DNA of 53,627 nucleotides from a virus (Duplodnaviria; Caudoviricetes): IMG/VR virus record IMGVR_UViG_3300033407_000965, positions 1 to 53,627 of that record; one strand, 5' to 3'. Shown piece by piece: positions 28,251 to 39,100 of this stretch (position 1 is its first letter; each line of letters starts with the position of its first letter). The notes under the pieces were generated by a model. It saw only the letters and a program-made list of their open reading frames with translations, ran no database searches and was not told where the DNA came from. The position numbers and the translations under genes were made by a program.

Positions 28251-30005
28251 GTGGCCGACCTGGCCGGCATGTACGCCGACCGCAAGCGGCGCGAGGAGGC
28301 GGGCGAGGCGCCGACGGAGTCGGAGCTGATGGGCGCCCTGTTCGACGCCGGCAGCGGCTTCGAGCCCGCCGACGGCGAGCTGCTCTCCGCGGTCGATCGA
28401 GTCTTCGGTCCGAGCGAGTCGCGTTTGGAGCGGGCGCTGTTTGCGGCGCCGCCTGAAGCCCGTCCGCCCACCGGGCCCGACTTCGCGCCCATGCGTTCCG
28501 GCCTCTACGACTTCGAGCCGCCGACGGCGCCCGAGCCGCGGGTCGACCTGCTTCCTGGGTCAATTAACCCGTGGGAATCGCTGGCGCAGGACGCGGAAGA
28601 GGGGCGGCTGGGTCAATTATACCGGCAACGTGACATGCGCGGGGGCGTGCTCGAGGAGCCGTCCACCGAGCTGGAAGCGCTGGTCCCGCGCTACACGGGC
28701 ACGTTCCCGGCGGCCGGGCCGCAGGACTATGCAGAGGACCGGGCCGCCTGGCAACAGCACATCACCGACCGGATCCAGGAGGGCGAGCGGGAAGCGGAGG
28801 CCTTCAAGCCTGCGGAGGCGAGTCGGGCGCCGTCCTGGCTGCGCGGCCGCCTGCAAGCCGCCGGTCGGCTGGGGGTGCAGTTCCTGGGCCCGTTCGTCCG
28901 CAGCGTCGAGAAGTACGGCACCGCGGCCAAGAAAACCGTCAGCCCGCGCTTGTGGGTCGAGCCGCGGGTCGATCGCATCCTAGACGCCGAGGTTGCGTTT
29001 CGGCAGAAGCTCGGCCTCTTCACTAATGAGCAGCGGCGGGACGAATCCCGCCACCGCGCTGATGTACGTCGGGAGCTCATGGAGGGGTTCCCGATGTACG
29101 CATCGGCGGCCCGCCGCCAGCAAGGCGAGCTGTACCAGGTCCTCGCCGAGCTCGAACCCACGGAGCTACCGGAAGCACACGGCTTCTACCAGAAGGTGGC
29201 CCGATTCGGGGGGGAGGTGGGGGCGTTCATCGCCGAGCTGGAGGCGTGGAGCCCGTTGTTTCGAGGCCCGGCGGCGGTGATCGGGCGGCGGGCCGCGGCC
29301 GGAGCGCCGGTGGCCGCCGAGGCGGGGGCGCTCGCGACGACCGGACAGGCGCTTCGAGAGATGGAGCGGGCCAAGCGGGCCGCACATGTCGCCCGGGCGG
29401 CCCAGGAGACGATGGGCGCCGGCGCCTTGGCTGCCACCGAGGGGCAGGACCCGATCGAGGCCATGGCCCACTTCGCCCCCATCCCCGCGATGAGCCGTCT
29501 GCCGGTCGGCCCCCGGGCGGCTGGGCAAGCGGCGTACTTCGCGACCAACGCCGCGGCACGCGGGGCGCCGATGGACGAGATCCTGATCGAGTCGGTCATC
29601 GGGCCGGCGCTGTTCGCGGCCCCGGACCTGATGCGCTTTGCGACGCGGGCCCGCGGGGCGCCGTACGGCGACGCCGAGTGGCGGAGCTGGACGGCGAAGG
29701 AGGACTCGATCACCAAGAAGATGATCCACCGCTGGCACAAGCTGTCCGAGGAGCGGCCGCCGGCGTGGGAGGAGCGGGCCCGCTACGAGTGGGAGGGCGA
29801 GCTACGCGGGACGTCCGGCTCGCTGATGAAGCTCTATCAGCGCACGTTCGAGCGCGAGCCGAAGGGCATGAGCGTCGAGGACGTGAAGCTGATCCGTGAC
29901 TTTGTGTGGCACTTCGCGCCGGACGCGATCTACCGCGGCGAGGCGGTGATGCCGGCGGAAGGGACGAAGGGACGAAGGGACGAAGGAGAGAACCGATGCC
30001 GCTGA
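28251..30005 (+). CDS. Large internal virion protein; probable N-terminal part of the giant DarB-like protein
   Basis: GGAGGG RBS and GTG; ends in repeat-derived sequence GTKGRRDEG immediately before the stop. Confidence 0.7.
   Translation: MADLAGMYADRKRREEAGEAPTESELMGALFDAGSGFEPADGELLSAVDRVFGPSESRLERALFAAPPEARPPTGPDFAPMRSGLYDFEPPTAPEPRVDLLPGSINPWESLAQDAEEGRLGQLYRQRDMRGGVLEEPSTELEALVPRYTGTFPAAGPQDYAEDRAAWQQHITDRIQEGEREAEAFKPAEASRAPSWLRGRLQAAGRLGVQFLGPFVRSVEKYGTAAKKTVSPRLWVEPRVDRILDAEVAFRQKLGLFTNEQRRDESRHRADVRRELMEGFPMYASAARRQQGELYQVLAELEPTELPEAHGFYQKVARFGGEVGAFIAELEAWSPLFRGPAAVIGRRAAAGAPVAAEAGALATTGQALREMERAKRAAHVARAAQETMGAGALAATEGQDPIEAMAHFAPIPAMSRLPVGPRAAGQAAYFATNAAARGAPMDEILIESVIGPALFAAPDLMRFATRARGAPYGDAEWRSWTAKEDSITKKMIHRWHKLSEERPPAWEERARYEWEGELRGTSGSLMKLYQRTFEREPKGMSVEDVKLIRDFVWHFAPDAIYRGEAVMPAEGTKGRRDEGENRCR
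29958..29986 (+). repeat. 8-bp tandem array (GAAGGGAC)3 GAAGG
   Basis: Read directly; lies at the frame junction between 28251..30005 and the giant ORF frame, which is open from 29950. Confidence 0.95.
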
Positions 30006-30163
30006 AGAAGGGATGCAGCCGCAAGACCGTGGGCAGGAACATCGAGGAGATGAAGGCCGCCGGCCACCCGGAGCGGGTGGCGAAGGCGGCGGCGCTGGAC
30101 AGCGCCCGCGGGTCGTGCCCCCGCAAGAAGTCGCTGCGGCGGCGGCGCCGCAAGCCGATGTGA
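29996..30163 (+). CDS. 55-aa basic phage microprotein (MPLKKGCSRKTVGRNIEEMKAAGHPERVAKAAALDSAR...), overlapping the giant ORF frame
   Basis: AAGGAG RBS, ATG 29996, TGA 30161-30163; resembles the MPLKKG.S..T...NI.E....G.P small phage proteins. Confidence 0.75.
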   Translation: MPLKKGCSRKTVGRNIEEMKAAGHPERVAKAAALDSARGSCPRKKSLRRRRRKPM

Positions 30164-33100
30164 GTCGTCCGACGCCGGGTGTGCGGCCGGCGGCGGTCCC
30201 TTCCCGGGGGGCCGTTACCCCGGGTCAACCGCCCGAACCCTCCACGGGCGAAGGCCGCCGGCCGCCCCCTATCCTTCCCGGCGCCCGGCCGGAGGTCGAG
30301 GGGGCCATGCAGGCCCAACGGCCCCTGGAGCCGGAAATTTCCGGGGAAGGCCGAGCCGCGGAGGAAGCGCAAACACCTGCGGCGCAAGGGGTTACGGCGC
30401 CGGGAATTGTGGGGATAGACCAGGTGCGGGCGGACCTGGCGGACGCTGAAGGGGCGGTGCGCCGGCATGAGCGTGAACGGGGCTACGTCGGTCGCGGCCT
30501 GGAGGCCGTCAAAGGCGCCGACGTCGACTATCAGAGGCTTCTGGAGCGGGCTGGCTCCTTGCGGCGTCGGCTGCGCGCTATGGAAGCGGCGGAGGTCCGG
30601 GCGGCGGCGCGGGCGGAGCGTGAGCAGCGCCCGGCGACGCCCCGTGAGCAGCTTGCGGAGACGCCGCTGCACGAGCTGCCGGAGCCGGTCGGGGAGGCCC
30701 TCCAGGAGGAAGCGAAGAAACAACTTGAGGCGACGGGCACGCGCGGGCGGCCCCGAATCAAGAGCGAGCGTGCCCGTGAGGCGCTGCGCCGGATCGTGCG
30801 GGACAAGGGTCAGGACACGGGGTCGGAGGTGCAGCGGCAGAAACGTCGGCTGATCGGGTACCTGGTCGGGGACAAGGACTTTCGCAGCGTGTTCGAACCC
30901 GACATCGGCGTGCCCCAAGCCGAGCCTGACGCGGTGATCGAGGCCTACCTGGAGGGGGCGAGCGAGGACCGGATCGAACGGATCGCCCGCGCCATGGGCT
31001 GGGAGCCGGGCGACGCGTCGTTCCCGTTCGGGGCGCTGGCCGAGCAGCCGGCGGGGCCGATTATTCCAGAAAATATGCCTGCCCCCGCATGGGACGTGCG
31101 GGTGCACCCGGACTTCCCGCCGGGGACGACGGTCTGGGTCGATTTCGGGTGGGCATCGACGGTAGGGCGGACGCTGGGGACGGTGATCGTGCCCCCGGAC
31201 GACGTGCCCGTAGAGCAGATCGTGGACCCCGAGGCGATCGCGGGCAGCCGGGTCATGGTGCGCTACCCGACCGAAGGCGGTGACGTGGAGCAGCTTTTCG
31301 ACCCGGAAAAGCTGGAAATCGCCGAGCCAAAACCGCCTGCGGAGCGTAGAATAGAAGGGGAGGTCATCCGTGGCGCCGAACCGCAAATCGAGGCCGAGCC
31401 CACCCAAGCCCGCGGCCGAGAGCCTCCTGGCCGACCGGCCGCAGAGCGAGAAGGAGGCCCAGCGCCTGCTGGGAGCGGACGGGCGCCGGGCGAAACGCCA
31501 CTGGGCGAAGTTCCTGCCGAAGGCCTACCGGAACCTGGTGAAGCACGACCGTCTGTACCGCGCCCTGCATCTGGCCGAGAGCCTGACGATCGAGGCGGAG
31601 CTGCGCCTGCGGGAGGCCGGGCTGCCGTCGCACCAGGCCCAGGAGGCCCTGGCGCAGGAGTGGCTGTTCCTGCCGGCGGAGGACGAGGCCCCGAGCTGGC
31701 TGGTGGCGGCGAGCGAGAGCGCTCCGTCGTTCGAGGCGGCCAGGGAGAATCTGGTGAGCGCGTCGGAAGGCCCCGAGAGCCCGAGCCCGTAGCCGTCGAG
31801 CCGCCGGGGGCCCCGGGACCCACCGACTACATCATCCGCGCCGACGACGCGATGTTTTCGATGGGGCCGAAGACAGCCGCCCGCGCCAACCTCAAAGCGA
31901 TCGAGATCCTCAAGCGGGCGCAGCAGGAGCAGCGGCCGGCGACGCCGGAGGAACAGGCGGAGCTGGTCAAGTACATCGGCTGGGGCTCACTGGCCAAGGG
32001 CTTCGAGCCGGGCGAATGGAACGACATCTACCAGCGGCTGCGCGAGCTGCTCACCACGGAGGAGTACGACGCCGCGAAACGCAGCACGCAGTACGCGATG
32101 TTCACCCCGCCGGCGATCGTGCAGGCGATGTACGACGCGGTGCGACGCTTCGGGGTGCGCGGCGGCGCGGTGCTCGAGCCTTCGATGGGCGTCGGCCATT
32201 TCTTCGGGCTCATGCCCGCCGCGTTGCGCGGCCGCATGACCCGCGTGGGCGTCGAGCGCGACCCACTGACCGCGGGTATCGCGGCGCTGCTCTATCCCGC
32301 GTCCGACGTTCGGACGCAGGCGTTCGAGGACGCGGCCCTCCCCACCGGCTACTTCGACCTGGTCATCGGCAACCCGCCGTTCGGACAGATCCAGGTGCCC
32401 GACCCGCGTTACCCCGCGGCGGTGCGGGCAACCCTGCACGACTACTTCGTCGGCCGGTCGATCGCGCTGACGCGGCCGGACGGCATCCTGGCGTTCGTCA
32501 TCAGCAAGGGGTGGCTGGACAAGGCCGGCGACGCGGCGCGGCGCTGGGTGGCGGAGCGGGCGGAGCTGCTCGGCGCGATCCGCCTTCACGACAAGGCCCT
32601 GCCCGGAACGGGCGTCACCACCGACCTGATCTTCCTGCGCCGGCTGCGCGAGGACCAGACGCCGCCCGATGCGCCGTGGGTCGAGAGCCGTCAGCTGGGC
32701 GACCTGCCCAAACCCGTCAACGCCTACTACCACGAGCACCCGGACATGGTGCTGGGGCGATTGGAGGCGGGCGGCCTGTACGGCAAGGACGACGTGCGGG
32801 TGAAGCCCGAAGGCGACCAGCCGCTGGAGAAGCTCCTGCGCGAGGCCACGAAAAAGCTGCCCGCGGACGTGGTCCAGGCGGCGGCGCAGCGCATCCTTGC
32901 GACCGACCCCGGCGAGCTCGTCGTATCGCCGGACAACCTGCCGCCCGACGCGTTCTTCGTCTCGGACAAAGGTCAATTGTGGCAGGCCGGCGAGCGGGGG
33001 GCCGGGCCGCGCCTGGTCGAAGCGGAGCTGAGCAAGGGGCGGGGCGGGGCCAAGGTCGTCGAGCGGATCAAGGGGCTGGTCGGGCTGCGCGATGCAGTCC

Positions 33101-36100
33101 TGAAACTCCTCCGCGAGCAGTTGCAAGAGCAGCCCGCCGACGGGCCGCTGCGCGAGGCCCTGCTGAAAGAATACGACCGGTTCGTGAAACGCCACGGCGC
33201 CGTCAACGCGACGGCCAACCTGCGCCATGTCCGCAAGGATGACCCGTTCACCTACGGCATGGTGTCGCTGCTCGACAGCTACGACCCGAAGACCGGAAAG
33301 ATCACCCGCGGGGATATCCTCAGCCAGCGGATCGCCTCCGCCGTCACCAAGGTCCGCAGGGCGGACAACCTGGCGGACGCCCTGGCCGTCTCGCTGGATG
33401 AGCGCAACGCCGTCGACGTCGAGCGGATCGCGGAGCTGATCGCGCAGACGCCGGCGGAGGTGGAGCGCAGCCTGCTCGATGAAGGGCTGGTGTTCCGAAC
33501 GCCGCAGGGCGCCCTGCAGATCGCGGCCGAGTATCTGTCCGGGGAGGTGCGGCAGAAGTTGGAGGACGCGCGGGCCGCGGCGGCCATCAACCCGGCCTAC
33601 GAACGCAACGTGCGGGCCCTCGAGAGCGTGCAGCCGCGCGAGCTGGTGCCGGGCGAAATCCACGCCCAGCTCGGCGCGACCTGGATCCCCCCGCAGATCG
33701 TAGCGGACTTCACCGCCCACCTTTTCGGTCGGCCGCTGCCGGTGCGGCTGGTGCCGGAGCTGAACAAATGGGCGGTGGAAGATCCCGAGCGCATCGGCGA
33801 TACGGTGGCCGCCTCGGAAACCTGGGGCGTGCCGGAACGCAGCGGGGTGAAGCTGCTGCAGGACGCCCTCGCCATGCGGCAGCCGCGCGTTTACGACATC
33901 ATCGGCTACGACGAGAGCGACCGGCCGATCAAGGAGGTGTCGCCGACCAAGACGGACGCGGCACGGGCGAAGCTGGAGCGGATGAAGGAGGAGTTCGAGC
34001 GTTGGGTCTGGAAAGACCCGCAGCGCGTCGACACCCTCGCCCCGCTCTACAACCGGCTGTTCAACTCCCTGGCGGCGCGGCACTACGACGGGGGGCACCT
34101 GTCCCTTCCGGGGCTGAATCCGGTCATCCGACCGTACCCCTACCAGAAGGACGCCGTCTATCGGATCGTCGCCGGCGGCAACGCGATGCTCGACGTGGCG
34201 GTCGGCGGGGGCAAGACGCTCATCATGACGGGCGCCGCGGAGGAGCTCAAGCGCTTGGGCCACGCCCGCAAGGTGCTCATAGTCGTCCAGAACGCGACGT
34301 TGGAGAGCTTCGCGAACATGGCACGGCAGTACTACCCTGCGGGCAACTTCATCGTGCTCGACCCGACGAACATGAGCGCCCAGAACCGGCGGCGGACCTT
34401 GGCCCGCATCGCCGCGGAGCAGCGCCCGGTGACCGTCATCCTGCCCCACCAAACGATGAAGATGATCCCGATGGGCGAGGCCTCGCTCAAAGCCTACTTC
34501 AAGCGGCGGATCCGGGAGCTGGAGGCGGCCCTGCAGGCGGAAGAGGAGTACGAGGGCACGCAGAGCGCCTTTACCCGGCGGGGCAAATCGAAGCGCAGCT
34601 GGTCGGTGAAGCAGATGGAGAAGCGTAAGGAGGACCTCGAAAACCGTCTCCAGGCCCGCCTCAAGGGGATCGCCCGGGACAAGGGCATCACCTTCGAGGA
34701 ACTGGGCATCGACTGGCTGATGTACGATGAGTCGCAGGCCATCAAGAACCTGGCGTTCACGTCGCAGATGCAGGCGGTCAAGGGCCTGGGCGCGGCCGAG
34801 GGCAACGAGATCACGATGGACGCGCAGATGAAGTTCGAGCACGTCAACCGGCTTCAAAACGGCCGCGGGGTGGTGCTCGCCTCAGGCACGCCGATCGCCA
34901 ACAGCGTGGTCGAGGTGTTCACGGTGCAGCGCTACCTCCAGCCGATGCTGCTGCGGTCCAAGGGCATCGACAACCTGGACGCGTGGGTGAACACCTTTGG
35001 GTCGGTGGTCGAGGACACGGAGAAGGCGGTCGAGGGTGAATACAAGCCGATGTTCCGCCTCCGCCGCTTCGTCAACGTCCCCGATCTGGTGCAGATGTGG
35101 TCGCAGGTGGCGCTGACGGTGACGCCCGAGCACGTGCGCGAGCACCTGGCGGGCACCGCGCGCCAGATCCCGGAGCTCGCGGCCAACAGCGAGGGCAAGC
35201 GCGACTGGGAGATCGTGGTCGCCCCCGAGCCCCCGGAGATGGTGCGCTACATGCAGGTTATCAAGGCCCGCGCGCAGGCGATCAAGGAGCGCAAGCGGCC
35301 GCCGCAGAAGGGCGATGACACGATGGTGGCGATCAGCGTGGACATCCGCCACGTCTCGCTCGACCCCAAGCTCCGCATCCCGGATGCCGAGGACCGAGCG
35401 GACACTAAGGTGGGCCTGGCCGTCGACAACATCTATGACCGCTGGAAGCGCGACGCGGCCCAGCGTCTGACGCAGCTGGTGTTCATCGATATGGGCCTGC
35501 CGAAACCCGGCGGACGCTACAGCACGTACCAGGCACTGCGGGACAAGTTGCTCGGACGCGGCGTGCCGGCCGACGAGGTGCAGTTCATCCATGACTGGGA
35601 CACGCCGGCGGACCGGGCGAGGCTGTTCGACAAGGTCAACGCCGGCGAGGTGCGGATCCTGATCGGGTCGGTGCTGAAGATGGGCGTCGGGGTCAACGTG
35701 CAGCAGCGGCTCAAGACCCTGCATCTTTTGAATCCACCCTACCGGCCGGACATGGTGGAGCAGGCGGTGGGGCGGGCGGTCCGCAGCGGCAACCAGAACC
35801 GGGAAGTGGAGCTCGTCCGGTACGTCACGAAGGGCTCCGGCGACGAGTGGAACTACGGGCTGCTGTTTGCGAAGGCGACCTTCATCAGCCAGTGGCGCAA
35901 GGGGCAGACCCTGGACATCCGCGAGATCGAAGAGCCGGACACCGAGACCCTGGGCTACGCGGACGTCATGGCGATCGTGTCCAAGTCGCCGGCGGTGAGC
36001 GAGTGGACCAAGGCCATGCGTAGGGTGCGGCGCCTGGAGGCCTCCGAGGCCGAGCACCGCAGGCAGCAGGGGGCGATGCGGATTCGCGAGCGGGAGCTCA

Positions 36101-39100
36101 CCGAGCGGATCCCGGGCCTGGAGCGTGAGGCGGCGCAGCTTCAGGGGCTCGCCCCCAAGGCCGCCGCGGAAGGCCTGCGGATCGAGGTAGCTAAAAACCT
36201 CTACTCGAAACACGGCGAGGCCGGGGAGGCGTTGATCGCCGCCGCAGCCAAGCTGAAGCAGGCGGCCAGCCGGGCCCAGGCCGAGTTCGGCAAGGTCGGC
36301 ACACTCAATGGTTTCGACGTCGAAGCCCGACATTTTCACTCCCCGCTGAGCGGCGGGCGGCAGGTGGACTTCCGCGTGGCGCTGCCGATCCCGGTGGAGA
36401 GTCACGAGGTTCGCCTGTCTGAGTACTTCGGGGGCACGCCCAAGGAGAAAGCCACCGCCGCGGTGACGACGGTGCGGGTGCTGTCCAACGAGATCGGGCG
36501 GATTCCCAAGCTGGCCCAGCAGCGGCGGCGCGACCTGGACCGCGCCCGGACCGACCTCGCCACCGCGCAGGCGGAGGTGGACCAGCCCTTCGCGCAGCAC
36601 GCCGAGCTGCTGGAACTGCGGCAGAAGGCGGCGCGGCTGACCAAGATCGTTCAGAACCTTGACAAGGATCCGCTCAAGCCGGGTGAGTCGATCGAGCTCG
36701 ACGAGCAGGCGTGGATCTACAAGGAGGTGGTGCGCGAGGGCGGCAAGCCGATCGCGATCTTCGAGAACCATCGGACCCGCGAGACGGCGCGGTGGACGCC
36801 GGGCGGTTTCTTCGCCGAGACCGGCCGCGAGCTGTACGTGCCGGAGGCGCCGTCGTCGCCCGGCGGGGCGGCGCCCGGGCCGGCCCCGATCAAGCGGTCC
36901 GAGCCCTTCTGGCAGGCGCTCTCGGCGGAGCAGCGGCGCTGGCTGCGCGAACGCGGGCCCGACAAGCCCGGCTTCGGGCTCGGGGCGCAGTTCAACCTGC
37001 CGGACCCCCGGGGTCTTTACGCCCGCACCTGGGACGCGATCGTCGCCAAGCTCAACAACCTGGAGGGCCCGGTGCTGCGGCGGGTGGTCGACTGGCTCGG
37101 CAAGGGCATCTACGGCCAACGGTGGGGGACCGATACGCCGTTCTGGCGGCAGCTCCAGCGTTACTACGGCGGCGTGGAGGAGTCGAAAGTCGACGCGCGG
37201 GAGGTGACCGAACGGATCACCAGGCGTATGCGGGAGCTGGAGGGCCGGCTGTTCTCGCCGGCGGACAGCAAGCTCAACCAGCTCTTCACCGACGTGGCCG
37301 AGGGGCGGGCGGCCCCCGAGAAGCTGGACGCGGCCGACCGGGAAATCTACGACCTGTACCGGCAGCGGGTCAACGCGATCACCGACGAGTTCCTGGAGGC
37401 CGAGCACCTCCACGGCTACGCCAAGGCCTTCGGCCTGACCAACCTGCTGGAAGTCATCAAGCGCAAGCGGGAGGGCCCAGGGGCGTACCTGCGGATGCTC
37501 ATCAAGAACCCGCCGGGCCGCTACTGGGAGCCGCACCGCCGGCTGATCGAGCGACCGCGCATCGGGAAGGTCATCGGCGGCATGTTCAAGGAGCGGCGGT
37601 CGGCTGATCTGTGGACGGTGCGCAACGCCGACGGCACCGTGACCCAGTTCACCGACGAGGACAGCGCCCTCGAGCATTACAACGCGGAGGTGGAGCTCAA
37701 CCGCGAGCGGTACGGCACCTCCGTATTCGATCGGGTCAAGGTGTACGACCCCATCGGGGAGGAGCTGCTGCTGGCCGCCGGCCGCGAGCCGGAGCTCGAC
37801 GTGCGCATCCGGGTGGCGAAGACCCTGGCGCATTGGCGGCACAACCTCGAGATCCTCAAGCTGTACCACTTCCTGGCCGACACGGTGGCGTCGGGCGAGA
37901 GGGTCGGCCCCGACTGGCGGCAGTTGCCCGACAGCCCGTACTGGGGCCCGCTCGCGGGACGGTACGTGCCGGAACGGGTGGCGGAGGTGCTGCGGGAGAC
38001 CGACGAGATCCGCACCGCCCTGCACAGCCAGATTTGGGACATCTACCAGTACGCGTGGAAGTCGGGCAAGACGGTGTGGTCGCCGGGGACGTGGGGGCGC
38101 AACGCGCTGGGGCTCAACTTCTTCTGGCTCATGGACGGCATTCATCCCGTGAAGGACCTGCACTGGTTCATCGAAGCGGCGAAGGAGTTCAAGAGCCGAT
38201 CGGAAACCTACCGCCGCCTGGTGCGGGAGAATGAGATCGCGGTGGGCTACACCTCCGCGGAGATGGGGCAGCTGGCGGAGTTTCTCAAGGACCACCGGCA
38301 CGGGCTGCTGGTCAACCTGATGCGCTGGTTTGGCTGGCTGCACGAGGTGAACAGCAAGGTGGGCCGGGCGTACGACTGGCCCGACCAGGTTTCGAAGCTG
38401 GCGTCGTACCTGAAGAAGACAGCGCCGGTGGAGAAGGGCGGGCTGGGGTGGAGCCACGAGGAGGCGATCGAGGCGCTGCAGGGCTACCCCAACTACGCGC
38501 GCGGCGGGGACTTCGAGCGGTGGATCACGCGGCATCCCCTCGGGGCACCGTTCTGGCGCTTCACGGCGGCGTCGATCCGGGTGAACCTGCACTACGCGCG
38601 CAACAAGCCGGCGCGGCTGCTGGTGGCGTGGATGGTGCCCGGGCTGCTGACGTACATCTCGGCGATCCTGCTGGGCATCGACGACGAGGAGCTGGACCTG
38701 GTGGCGGGCGACCCGCGGCGCAAGAACCGTCTGGACCGCTACTTCCTGCCGATCGTGCCGTGGCGCGACGAGGCCGGCCGCCTGCAGCAACTCGACCTGC
38801 GGTGGATCTTCCCGCTGGCCAACGACTTCCGGGTGGAGACGGGGGCTGGCGGCATAGGCGTGCCTTTCCTCCTGGCCCAGCCGATCACCCGTGGCCTTGT
38901 CGAGTGGGCGGCGAACCGGAGCCTATGGACGGGGCGGGACATCTGGCGCGAGGACGAGACCGGGGCCGACTTCATCAAGAGCCTGGTGGCGCACGCCTTC
39001 GAAGGGGCGGCCCCGGTGCCGACGATCGTCACCCGCGGACTGCGTGAGATCTGGGAAGCGGCCACGGGCGACGAGCGGGACCTGGTGAAGACGCTGCTCA

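Noticed and set aside
28205-28251. Repeat-controlled fusion of 27095..28249 to 28251..30005
   Set aside because: One added unit would join the frames, but the downstream gene has a strong RBS and a normal-looking start and the upstream gene ends right there, so separate genes are more parsimonious
7477-29986. Octamer arrays or the 27-bp repeat as CRISPR arrays
   Set aside because: Units are directly tandem with no unique spacers, and no cas genes are present
32016-39047. Other same-strand alternative-frame ORFs inside the giant gene (32016, 33768, 36711, 37611, 38448)
   Set aside because: R/A/G/P-rich translations overlapping well-formed domains with no convincing RBS, unlike the ORFs at 29996 and 31370
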